From positions 1 through 54,437 of the IMG/VR virus record IMGVR_UViG_3300042807_000082: a DNA stretch of 54,437 bases; one strand, given 5' to 3'. The notes under the pieces were generated by a model. It ran no database searches, was not told where the DNA came from, and saw only the letters and a program-made list of their open reading frames with translations. The translations under genes and the position numbers were made by a program. This stretch comes from a virus (lineage: Duplodnaviria > Caudoviricetes). This document shows positions 7,887-16,255 of the stretch, piece after piece (within the stretch, counting starts at the first letter, position 1; every line of letters starts with the position of its first letter).

Positions 7887-9359
7887 TTAGATGTCCATGC
7901 GGTTACTGATGTAGTTCCGCAGGAATTTGGTGTCGTTGGCTATCTCAGGCTTGCTGAGATAAGAGATGAACGACTTGGAAGTTAGGTCGAATCCGTAACC
8001 GGATTGGTCGTGGCAGTAATTGACCAGTGCATTTACGAATTCGATTGCTGAAACAATCGACTCATACTTGAGAGAGCCTTTGAAGATCCGGAACTCGACA
8101 GTGTTCCGAGGCTCAAGGTTGATTGCCTCATAGCGTGAGTTCTGAGAGCGGTAAGCCGAGCCGAGTTTCTTCTTCTCGATTCGAGAATAAGAAGCGGCGT
8201 AACGCCGAGCCACTGCCTCGATAAGATCTTGGTTGTCAGGTGAGTTGACAAACGTGATCATCTTGGAGAGTTGCATCTTCGACAGTCCCTCTTTAGTAAC
8301 GTGGACGTGAAGACCGCAGGTCGAAGTCTTATGGGACAGCAAACCTCGGCGCAGTTCCGGAGTCTGAACCCACTTCCAAAATTCGGTCTGCATATCAAGA
8401 CCCATTGGTTGAGTGATGATCTCGAAGCCGTTACTAAGTGAGCCGTCGTTCTCGAAGAAGCATTTGTTGCCGACCTTGCCGTCGTAATTGACGGCGTTGC
8501 TGATTGCCTCGGCTTTGTCGTATTTAGATCCGTCCTGAACCTCGACCTCTAGTTCGACGCCGAAGAATCGCTCGGCTTTGCCGGTCTTAGTAATGCGGCG
8601 GTCCTCAGGCGACCATGTTCTGTATGTATAGGTGACCCGGTTCTTCTGGGTCCAATCAGAACTGATTGGGTAGAAAGAATCCTTGGATGAGTGGTAACTG
8701 CCGATGACTGGCGGCTCGAACTCGTTATGAACATACGTCTCACGGTCGTCGCAGTAATAGAAGTCATCGCTGTCCCGGTGGATTCGGATCTCTGATCCAT
8801 CAGAGTCGATGGCATCTACGCAGTAGTCGTCACTAACATAACTGCCGTGATACTCCGAATAGGTGTAGCAGTTGTCGGCACAAGACCGACAAATGTCGTC
8901 GTCGTGGTAAGTAGTGCGTGATTCCCCGTGAGTCTCCCACTCGTTGCAAGCGGAACACATGAAGAAGTCTTCTTCGATCAGGGGTTCGATCGCCGACCAG
9001 TCGTCGTAAGAAGTGAACGAATCGATCCAGTTGTTGAGTCTGGTTTGGCTAGTAACGCCTGACCTGTGCTTACGGGCAGTCCCTTGTAAGCCGTCGAACA
9101 AGAACAGCGAAAGACCGGCGTTGCTGTCTTCACAAAGGTCTACTAGGACACTGCGGATCGGAGGGTAATTCCGAACCTCGAAGATGGACGAGGCTTTGTG
9201 AAAGATTATGGCGATGGTTGCGGCATCGCTGTCGATCTCTTCTTCAGCGGCTTTACTAATCATCCGCTTGAGGGCGTCGATAGTATTGACCTGCTCGAAA
9301 GTAACCTCGGCAGTTTGGTATGCCCTAAGGGCATCGGCGACTCTAAAGTAATTGCTCAT
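7887..9359 (-). CDS. Amidoligase (COOH-NH2 ligase, Amidoligase_2-like) with Cys-rich acidic middle region
   Basis: FGVELEVE, DGSLSNGFEIITQP, CGLHVHV, RYEAIN, TVEFRIFKG; CxxC motifs upstream. Confidence 0.87.
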   Translation of the reverse strand: MSNYFRVADALRAYQTAEVTFEQVNTIDALKRMISKAAEEEIDSDAATIAIIFHKASSIFEVRNYPPIRSVLVDLCEDSNAGLSLFLFDGLQGTARKHRSGVTSQTRLNNWIDSFTSYDDWSAIEPLIEEDFFMCSACNEWETHGESRTTYHDDDICRSCADNCYTYSEYHGSYVSDDYCVDAIDSDGSEIRIHRDSDDFYYCDDRETYVHNEFEPPVIGSYHSSKDSFYPISSDWTQKNRVTYTYRTWSPEDRRITKTGKAERFFGVELEVEVQDGSKYDKAEAISNAVNYDGKVGNKCFFENDGSLSNGFEIITQPMGLDMQTEFWKWVQTPELRRGLLSHKTSTCGLHVHVTKEGLSKMQLSKMITFVNSPDNQDLIEAVARRYAASYSRIEKKKLGSAYRSQNSRYEAINLEPRNTVEFRIFKGSLKYESIVSAIEFVNALVNYCHDQSGYGFDLTSKSFISYLSKPEIANDTKFLRNYISNRMDI

Positions 9360-9388
9360 TTAATCCTCCGATTGGTTGAGCGTTGACG

Positions 9389-9473
9389 AAAAAAAAACAC
9401 CGGGGTCGGTGGCTTGGGGACTTTCATTTCCAGTATTGGCAGACCGGGTAGACCGACTGCAAATCGACGGGGA
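9389..9473 (-). promoter_or_regulatory. Terminator/antiterminator leader upstream of the amidoligase
   Basis: CACCG-ACCC-CGGTG plus U9 on the minus strand; GTCGGT (9452-9457) can pair with the terminator 5' arm. Confidence 0.55.
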
Positions 9474-9474
9474 A

Positions 9475-9708
9475 CTACTGCTTTAAGCAGTAGGCTTTGC
9501 GGAAAATTGCTTTCCCTCCGGCTTGATCCCAGCCTCTCGGGGTCGGGTATGTCATTTCCACGGTGATCCCGAGCGAGGAGATCAGATTCATGACCGTGGG
9601 CGTGAGGGTCTTAGTTCCGGCAATCGCGGCGAAAGCCTTGGCTTTCTCGCAGATTGGATAGAAGACTTGGGTTCCGTATTGATCCCTGAGTTCGACCGTG
9701 ATGTTCAT
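9475..9708 (-). CDS. Hypothetical early protein
   Basis: YG...FYPIC..AK.FA.IAGTKTLT motif seen in small phage proteins; SD AGGAG. Confidence 0.7.
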   Translation of the reverse strand: MNITVELRDQYGTQVFYPICEKAKAFAAIAGTKTLTPTVMNLISSLGITVEMTYPTPRGWDQAGGKAIFRKAYCLKQ

Positions 9709-9914
9709 GCGTTGCTCCTAACGTAAGAGTTGTTGATGGGGTCAAAGCCGATCCGAAGCATGGCTTCGAAGGTCTGCTCTTTAAGTGGCTGGAAGCCCTT
9801 AATAGATGCGTAGTTGAGATACTGCTCAAAGGTCGGCAGTGTTCCGACTGAGTAGTCGGGTCGCTGACTTATAAAGATGGGCAGTGCGATCTCGCGGGGA
9901 AGCACCTGATTCAT
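9705..9914 (-). CDS. Hypothetical early protein
   Basis: 69 aa, SD GAGG, ATGA coupling. Confidence 0.55.
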   Translation of the reverse strand: MNQVLPREIALPIFISQRPDYSVGTLPTFEQYLNYASIKGFQPLKEQTFEAMLRIGFDPINNSYVRSNA

Positions 9915-10090
9915 AGGTCACCTCTCAGATAGGAGTAGTTGTAGAAAGCCACGGCAAAAGCCGTGAAGTAGCCGAAGCAGTAACCCAGTAGGGTTAGAGC
10001 ATTGGTTGAGTTAGTAGTGACCCATAGGAATCCGATGACCAGTCCGGCGATGCCGGAGGCGGCGAGGCTAAGAATGTGCAGGGTTTTCAT
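9911..10090 (-). CDS. Two-TM membrane protein
   Basis: MKTLHILS... with SD AAGGAG; two hydrophobic segments. Confidence 0.6.
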   Translation of the reverse strand: MKTLHILSLAASGIAGLVIGFLWVTTNSTNALTLLGYCFGYFTAFAVAFYNYSYLRGDL

Positions 10091-10100
10091 GGGTGACTCC

Positions 10101-10289
10101 TTATTCAGAAGCGGCGAAGCCGAAGAAGAGGGTTGGGACACCGATGACCATTCCGGTCACGGCGGAGAGGTCGAACCAGATCTTTCCTACTACCCCGTGG
10201 TCGATCAGGACGGCGGAGATGCACATCCCGGCGAAGCATAAGAACAGCAGGACTAGGCAGATCAAGAAGATTACGAAGGTCGGTTTCAT
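10101..10289 (-). CDS. Two-TM membrane protein
   Basis: 62 aa hydrophobic, SD AAGGAG. Confidence 0.6.
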   Translation of the reverse strand: MKPTFVIFLICLVLLFLCFAGMCISAVLIDHGVVGKIWFDLSAVTGMVIGVPTLFFGFAASE

Positions 10290-10300
10290 AGGTCGGCTCC

Positions 10301-10450
10301 TTAGATGGTGAATTCGTGGGCTTTAAGAAAGGCGATGTCTTCCGGAGTGGCAAGGCAGACCGAGAAGGGATGCTTCAGAAGGTAGGCTTGCAATCTCTTG
10401 CGATTGGATGGCGAGGGAAGATTGCGGAAAGCGTTTAAGAGTCGGTTCAT
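10301..10450 (-). CDS. 49-aa hypothetical early protein
   Basis: MNRLLNAFR...AHEFTI with SD AGGAG; the track extends it through a terminator. Confidence 0.65.
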   Translation of the reverse strand: MNRLLNAFRNLPSPSNRKRLQAYLLKHPFSVCLATPEDIAFLKAHEFTI

Positions 10451-10472
10451 CGAGGTTCTCCTAATAGAGGGC

Positions 10473-10500
10473 AAAAAAAATCCCCGGATAAACCGGGGAT
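10473..10500 (-). terminator. Intrinsic terminator after the first early gene
   Basis: ATCCCCGG-5nt-CCGGGGAT followed by a U-run on the minus strand. Confidence 0.8.
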
Positions 10501-10520
10501 CGAGGGGGAATCGGCGGGGA

Positions 10521-10898
10521 TCACTTACGAATAAGCGCCTCAAGGTTGCCGATAGCAACCTCAAGAGAGTCAGCCGCCTTAGAGATGTTCTTAGAAGCAG
10601 ACTTCACTGCATTAGCAGTGGACACAAGGATCTCATTGGAAGCCTTAGAAGGCTTCGAGTAAGTCTTCTTGGGAGAAGACTTAGCCTTGACCTTCTTCTC
10701 TTCCTTGGACTTGCCAAGCAAGTCCTTGATCATTTGGTCAGCCTCTTTCTTAGAAAGTGTCTGACCACGGTAGTCTTGACCACCAAGCATCTTGATAAGG
10801 AAGGTCTGCTTCGCCGTGGCTTTGCCACGCAGAGGCTTCTTAGAAGCCTTGGTCGTTTTGTTGTCGGTAGAAACAGTGGCTTTAACGATTGCAGTCAT
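10521..10898 (-). CDS. Lys/Ser/Ala-rich basic protein, first gene of the leftward early cluster
   Basis: ATG 10898 with SD AAGGAG; 125 aa; ATAKQ...LSKKEADQMI motif and lysine-rich linker. Confidence 0.7.
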   Translation of the reverse strand: MTAIVKATVSTDNKTTKASKKPLRGKATAKQTFLIKMLGGQDYRGQTLSKKEADQMIKDLLGKSKEEKKVKAKSSPKKTYSKPSKASNEILVSTANAVKSASKNISKAADSLEVAIGNLEALIRK

Positions 10899-11450
10899 GA
10901 TGTTCTCCTTTGAACGTGAAAGACTGGGATTGCCGATAACCGCCAACCGGTCATCGTCATTCCACTTTGCTCGACTCAACTCACCGATTGCAAAACGCCA
11001 AAACCACCCCTAAAGGGGTGAGTTGCGGAAAACTGCGGAACCAGTCAGCCCATAATTCCCAAGGGGAATCAACGGGTTGCGATTTCGGTGGGAAGGAATT
11101 ACGGGGAAATACACGCGGAACTTCACTCTGTGAAGTCAAAGAGGGCTGGATCGACCCTGCCGGACACCACTATTCACTTAGATTCCATCTAAGTGGACAC
11201 AACTTCAGCACAAAACAGTGCGAATCCCTTATTCCATAAGGGAAAACTACGGATTGGCAATGGCTGGTGACACACACAGGGCGAAGCCCCATGCGGTCAC
11301 CCCCCGCCCGACCCCGAGCGTGGACATACGGGGGCATGAGGACTCCACTGCTATCTACCCCTCATGCACAAGTCCGACCCCCAGTGGACCAAACAGACCG
11401 ACCCCCCGGGGCTTTGAGTCTCCTTGGTCTAATTTTTTACCGGAGACGTT

Positions 11451-11717
11451 ATGAGGCGACAGGAACTTGAGCGGATGTTGAGGGAGTACGAACCCCTCAA
11501 GGGTGTGCAAGTGACGCATGAGAGTGCGTTTAAGGCGGCTATTGCCCCGTATGAGGTAGTAGTCAGGGGGATTGTTCAGATCAATGGGGAGCCTATGGCG
11601 TATGAAGCCCCTATTAACCTGAAGCAATTCATGGATAGACGTGATGTGGAGCGTCTGATCAAGGGACTCTTCGAGTCTTTTGAGAGGGCTGAGAGACAAG
11701 AATCTGCGATTCAGTGA
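11451..11717 (+). CDS. Hypothetical protein
   Basis: 88 aa, SD GGAG. Confidence 0.6.
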   Translation: MRRQELERMLREYEPLKGVQVTHESAFKAAIAPYEVVVRGIVQINGEPMAYEAPINLKQFMDRRDVERLIKGLFESFERAERQESAIQ

Positions 11718-11723
11718 TGAATT

Positions 11724-11851
11724 TGGCGGGAGCCATCTCAAGCGGTGGGTGAGTTAACTACCGCAGTAGCGGCAGGATGTCTCCTAGAAGTTGTCTCCTC
11801 GTCCTGTGACGCTATCACCTACCCCGGCGGGTGTGATGCCGGGGATCTTTT
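11724..11851 (+). ncRNA. Predicted structured RNA with twin anti-SD loop
   Basis: Four consecutive hairpins; TGTCTCCT twice within one loop; ends in CCCCGGC/GCCGGGG plus a T-run. Confidence 0.45.
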
Positions 11852-11865
11852 ATGGAGTGAAAACT

Positions 11866-12099
11866 ATGGCGGCAAGAATCCGTAAGCATCATCAAGATGA
11901 TGTGAGAGCAAAGATTCAGGCAAGCCAGTTGATCAACCGTTTGATGGGACACATCGAGGGTAAGACGCAACTGGCTCCTACCCAGATCAATGCGATCAAG
12001 ATCCTCTTGGACAAGTCGTTGCCTAACTTGAGTGACATCAAGATGGAGCATTCAAGTCAAGGCATTACCTTTAACCTCAACACTACTGGCGACAAGTGA
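11866..12099 (+). CDS. Putative terminase small subunit
   Basis: Directly upstream of terL; KIQASQLINRL...AIKILLDK.LP.L motif; SD GGAG. Confidence 0.65.
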   Translation: MAARIRKHHQDDVRAKIQASQLINRLMGHIEGKTQLAPTQINAIKILLDKSLPNLSDIKMEHSSQGITFNLNTTGDK

Positions 12100-13544
12100 G
12101 CGAAGTTATTGATCAACAGGAGACGGTCAATTACTCGCCACCCGGAGAGAAGGCTAAAGCCTTTCATGGCTCTGATGCGTTTGTCAGGGGCTTGATGGGT
12201 CCGGTTGGTTCTGGCAAGTCATCGTCCTGCTGTGTGGAAATCATGGCGAGGGCGTTGAAGCAAGAGCCTTGGATTGATGGCGTGAGGCGTTCTCGGTGGG
12301 CGGTGATCCGTAATACCTATCCAGAACTGAAGTCGACCACCATCAAGACGTGGGAGACGTGGTTCCCGAGTAATGTGGCTCCCATCCGTTGGGACACGCC
12401 GATTACATCGACGGTGACCATTCAGGATATTGGCGACGGGACTTCCCTTGAACTGGAAGTTCTGTTTTTGGCTTTGGATAAGCCTAGTGAGACTGGCAAG
12501 TTGCGGTCGCTTGAATTGACTGGAGCGTGGATCAATGAGGCTTCTGAAGTTCCTAAAGAAATTTTTGACATGGTCACCCAGCGGGTCGGACGTTACCCGT
12601 CCAAACTCCGTGGCGGACCAACGTGGTGTGGAGTCATCCTCGACACCAACCCCCCAGACGACGACTCTTGGTATTACAAAATCGCCGAAGAGCAAACCCC
12701 GGAAGGCTGGCAGTTCTTCCGGCAACCGGGCGGTCTCTACAAAGAAGGCGAAGAGTACAAGCCGAACCCGGAAGCCGAAAACATCGACAACCTCCCGAGC
12801 GGATACCAGTACTACCTGAACCAACTTGGCGGCAAAGACGACAACTGGATCAACGTCTTTCTGCTGGGGAACTACGGAACCACGGCGGACGGCAAGCCTG
12901 TCTACCCAGAGTTCAACGACAAGATCCATGTGGCGGACAAGCCCATCGAACCCATGCGCGGTTTGCCTATTGTGCTGGGCTGGGACTTCGGGTTGACACC
13001 CGCCTGTGTGATCATGCAACAGACCCCACGGGGTCAAGTGGTCGTCCTCAAGGAGATTGTTTCCGAGGACATGGGTATTCGGCAGTTTGCCAACGACGTT
13101 GTGAAGCCAATCTTGATGAACGAGTTTGGCGGCTACTTCCGAATTTCAACGGCTGACCCTGCCGGTCAGATCCGGGCGCAGACAGATGAGCGAACCTGTC
13201 TCCAAGAATTGTTGGAGTCTGGCATCCCAACTGAACCCGCCCCGACCAACGACTGGCTCCCACGCCGAGAGGCAGTTGCCTACTTCCTTACCCGCATGGC
13301 GGATGGACAACCGGGGTTCCTCCTCGATCCATCTTGCACGAACTTGCGTAAAGGTTTCAACGGTAGGTACAAGTACGAGCGACTTAAAACAAGCGGTCCG
13401 GCTCGGTATCGAGACCGCCCAGTCAAAGACGATATGTCCCACATCCAAGATGCCTTGCAATACGCTTGCTTGCGTTTCCGCAATGGCTTGACTGGACCGA
13501 GGGTTAGAGCCGTCAAGACTTCATCAAGTAAAGGTTGGACATGA
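12096..13544 (+). CDS. terL: Terminase large subunit
   Basis: Walker A GPVGSGKS, Walker B WINEASE, DTNPP, RNase H GWDFG and SHIQDALQY. Confidence 0.93.
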   Translation: MSEVIDQQETVNYSPPGEKAKAFHGSDAFVRGLMGPVGSGKSSSCCVEIMARALKQEPWIDGVRRSRWAVIRNTYPELKSTTIKTWETWFPSNVAPIRWDTPITSTVTIQDIGDGTSLELEVLFLALDKPSETGKLRSLELTGAWINEASEVPKEIFDMVTQRVGRYPSKLRGGPTWCGVILDTNPPDDDSWYYKIAEEQTPEGWQFFRQPGGLYKEGEEYKPNPEAENIDNLPSGYQYYLNQLGGKDDNWINVFLLGNYGTTADGKPVYPEFNDKIHVADKPIEPMRGLPIVLGWDFGLTPACVIMQQTPRGQVVVLKEIVSEDMGIRQFANDVVKPILMNEFGGYFRISTADPAGQIRAQTDERTCLQELLESGIPTEPAPTNDWLPRREAVAYFLTRMADGQPGFLLDPSCTNLRKGFNGRYKYERLKTSGPARYRDRPVKDDMSHIQDALQYACLRFRNGLTGPRVRAVKTSSSKGWT

Positions 13545-15571
13545 CCATAGCAATTGCGAAAGCCCCAGTAGAAATGGAGGTCATGGCGGTAACGCCAGAA
13601 ACCGAAGCCCTCGAACTGGCTGAGATCGCACTGGCGGCTCACATCCGTGATTGCTGGGCGAAGGCAAAATTTGCCAAGACCGAACTGGTCGAGCGCCTCC
13701 TGAAGTGTGAGCGTCAGCGTCGTGGCGTCTACGACCCCGACCGGGCTAACGATATTGCTAAGACTGGCGGCTCTGACATTTACATGAGGCTGACGGACAT
13801 CAAGTGCCGTGCGGCGGCTTCTTGGATTCGTGACGTCATGGCGACCCTTCAGGACCGCCCTTTCGCTTTGGAGCCTTCCGAGGAGCCACAACTGCCTCCT
13901 GAGATTCAGATGGCGATCATCGACATGGTCCGCCAAGAGGCTGAAGCGTTTGTCAATGCTGGCGCACAGATCCACCCTGAGGCTTTCCGCACCCGGCTGG
14001 AAGTTGTCCACGAGCAGATCAAACTGAAACTGAAAGACGAGGCGCGTGATTCTGCCCGTCGCATGGAAGACAAGATCGAGGATCAACTGACGCAAGGCAA
14101 GTTCCAAGATGCCTTCCGTGATTTCATCGACGACTTTGTCACCTACCCTACGGCGATCATCAAGGGACCAAGCGTCCGCCGCCGTAAGTCCATGAAGTGG
14201 GGTAACGACTTCACCCCCGTGGTCACAACCGACTTTGTTCGTGAGTTCGAGCGAGTCTCCCCCTTCGACATCTACCCGTCTCCCAACTCCTCTGGCGTTG
14301 CAGACGGCTGGTTGATTCAGCGACATAGACTGAATCGCACGGAGTTGCAATCACTTCGCGGAGTGCCGGGCTACTCTGACGAGAACATCGATCAGGTGCT
14401 TGAGCGTTTTGGCGACAAGGGATTGCGTGAGTGGCTCATGGGCGACCAAGAGCGCGACAACCTAGAAGGCAAGCCTCACTCCCGTCTGTATTACGACGGC
14501 GTCATTGAGGCTCTGGAGTTCTGGGGTTCGTCTCGTGGTGCTGACCTCATTGAGTGGGGCATGAGCAAGAAGGACATCGACGAGGATAAAGAGTACGAGA
14601 TCAATGCTTGGATGATTGGTCCCTACGTCATTAAGTGCGTCATCAACCCAGATCCTTTGGGCAAGCGTCCTTATGAGATTGCTTCTTGGGGCGAGATCCC
14701 CGGTGCGTTCTGGGGGACTGCCCTGCCCGAGCAGATGCGTGATACCCAGACCATGTGTAATGCGGCGGCTCGTTCGCTGGCAAACAACATGGCGATTGCC
14801 TCTGGACCTCAGGTCGAGGTATCGGTCGACCGTCTACCGGACGGCGAGGACGTGACCTCCATGTACCCGTGGAAACTCTGGCAGACCACTTCCGACAGAA
14901 CCGGCGGTGGTCAGCCAGCCGTTCGCTTCTTCCAGCCCGGTATGAACGCTGACGTTTTGCTTGGCGTCTATCAGAGTTTCATGAAGCAAGCCGACGAGGT
15001 TACTGGCATCCCGAACTACATCTACGGTTCAGGCGTTGCTGGCGGCGCAGGTCGCACGGCTTCCGGTCTGTCAATGCTGATGGACAACGCCGCCAAGGGA
15101 ATCAAGGCGGCTATCGCCACCGTAGACCGAGCCATCTCTGGAATCGTTTCTCGCCTGTACGTTCACAACATGATGTACGACGAAGACACGTTTACCAAGG
15201 GTGACTTCCGAGTCGTAGCGAAAGGCGCAAGCGGCATGATCGCTCGTGAGCAACTTCAGTTGCGTCGCAACGAATTCCTGCAAGCCACTGGTAACCCGGT
15301 CGATATGCAGATCATCGGCATGGAAGGTCGTGCTTACCTCCTGCGCGAAGTTGCTCGTAGCCTCCAGATGGACACCGACAAGTTGGTTCCTGATCAGGAG
15401 GTCATCAAGTTCCGACAGGAGCAGATGGCGGCAATGCAACAAATCATGGCGGCACAGCAAGCGGCACAAGCCGGTGGTGCGCCTGAGTTACCTGCCCCGC
15501 AGGAAATGGACCCCGCTGGCAACCCTGCTGGTGGAGCGGATGTAAACACTATGAATGGAGTGATGCGATGA
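13535..15571 (+). CDS. Portal protein
   Basis: 678 aa after terL; RVSPFDIYP, GRTASGLSMLM, Gln-rich tail. Confidence 0.88.
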   Translation: MDMTIAIAKAPVEMEVMAVTPETEALELAEIALAAHIRDCWAKAKFAKTELVERLLKCERQRRGVYDPDRANDIAKTGGSDIYMRLTDIKCRAAASWIRDVMATLQDRPFALEPSEEPQLPPEIQMAIIDMVRQEAEAFVNAGAQIHPEAFRTRLEVVHEQIKLKLKDEARDSARRMEDKIEDQLTQGKFQDAFRDFIDDFVTYPTAIIKGPSVRRRKSMKWGNDFTPVVTTDFVREFERVSPFDIYPSPNSSGVADGWLIQRHRLNRTELQSLRGVPGYSDENIDQVLERFGDKGLREWLMGDQERDNLEGKPHSRLYYDGVIEALEFWGSSRGADLIEWGMSKKDIDEDKEYEINAWMIGPYVIKCVINPDPLGKRPYEIASWGEIPGAFWGTALPEQMRDTQTMCNAAARSLANNMAIASGPQVEVSVDRLPDGEDVTSMYPWKLWQTTSDRTGGGQPAVRFFQPGMNADVLLGVYQSFMKQADEVTGIPNYIYGSGVAGGAGRTASGLSMLMDNAAKGIKAAIATVDRAISGIVSRLYVHNMMYDEDTFTKGDFRVVAKGASGMIAREQLQLRRNEFLQATGNPVDMQIIGMEGRAYLLREVARSLQMDTDKLVPDQEVIKFRQEQMAAMQQIMAAQQAAQAGGAPELPAPQEMDPAGNPAGGADVNTMNGVMR

Positions 15572-15891
15572 AGGGTCGAGCAATGATGATTCCTCAGGGC
15601 TACAAGAACGGCGGCAAGGTTAAGCCGTTCAGTGGCAAGGACACCAAGGCTGAAGAGATGGCTGAAGCAAAAGCCGTCCGCTCTGGCAAGGTCTCCCCCG
15701 CTCAGTACAAAGCCAAAGAGATGGCAGAGGAAAAGCGTGAGGGTGAGAAGTCCAACCCTAAGAAACTGCTTGAGACCGGAAAGCGTCTAGCCTCCGGCAA
15801 GATGTCCGCCAGTCAGTATGGCAATGCCGCGAAGATGGCGGATGGCGGATACGTTTGCGGTATGCGCTCCAAGCAAGATTACGGGAAGTAA
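15568..15891 (+). CDS. Small basic head-region protein
   Basis: Lys-rich; YKNGGKV and MADGGYV motifs. Confidence 0.65.
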   Translation: MKGRAMMIPQGYKNGGKVKPFSGKDTKAEEMAEAKAVRSGKVSPAQYKAKEMAEEKREGEKSNPKKLLETGKRLASGKMSASQYGNAAKMADGGYVCGMRSKQDYGK

Positions 15892-15894
15892 GCC

Positions 15895-16128
15895 GTGCTG
15901 AGTAAACCTGACGCACGGATCTTGTCTGCTCTGGCTACGCTTGAGCATGACAAAGATTTCCAACTGGTTCTGATGTGGCTTGCTGGGTCTCTTGACGAGA
16001 TCAGGAAAGCCAACGATTCCACGAAAGACGAAGTTCTTACTCGCTGGAATCAGGGTGCATCTCAAACCATTGCCGAGTTCATTGACTCGGTTAAGGGCGC
16101 GAGAGACGCAGTAGCCCGTCGTAAGTAA
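15895..16128 (+). CDS. Small head-region protein
   Basis: Between portal and scaffold; RWNQG motif. Confidence 0.65.
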   Translation: MLSKPDARILSALATLEHDKDFQLVLMWLAGSLDEIRKANDSTKDEVLTRWNQGASQTIAEFIDSVKGARDAVARRK

Positions 16129-16255
16129 TTCCCCCCGTTCGGGGGTTTAGCGAGTTGCCACGCTTTCTTGGCAACAAAACCCAAGCACCGCTTTCGATAT
16201 GTCGATAAACCAGACAGGCATCGACACGTCTGAGCGATATGTTTACGGAGTAATC

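Noticed and set aside
9410-9460. Hammerhead ribozyme
   Set aside because: GAAA is present but the CUGANGA core is not.
10967-11470. Track ORFs of 90, 78 and 67 aa
   Set aside because: No SD, atypical composition; the region looks regulatory.
11791-11865. N-terminal extensions of terS (and of scaffold, 16199-16255)
   Set aside because: They run through RNA hairpins; better SD-ATG starts lie at 11866 and 16256.
13280-14350. Long antisense ORFs (also 12219-13037, 44484-45266, 46164-46961)
   Set aside because: Shadows of codon bias on the strand opposite clear genes; no motifs.
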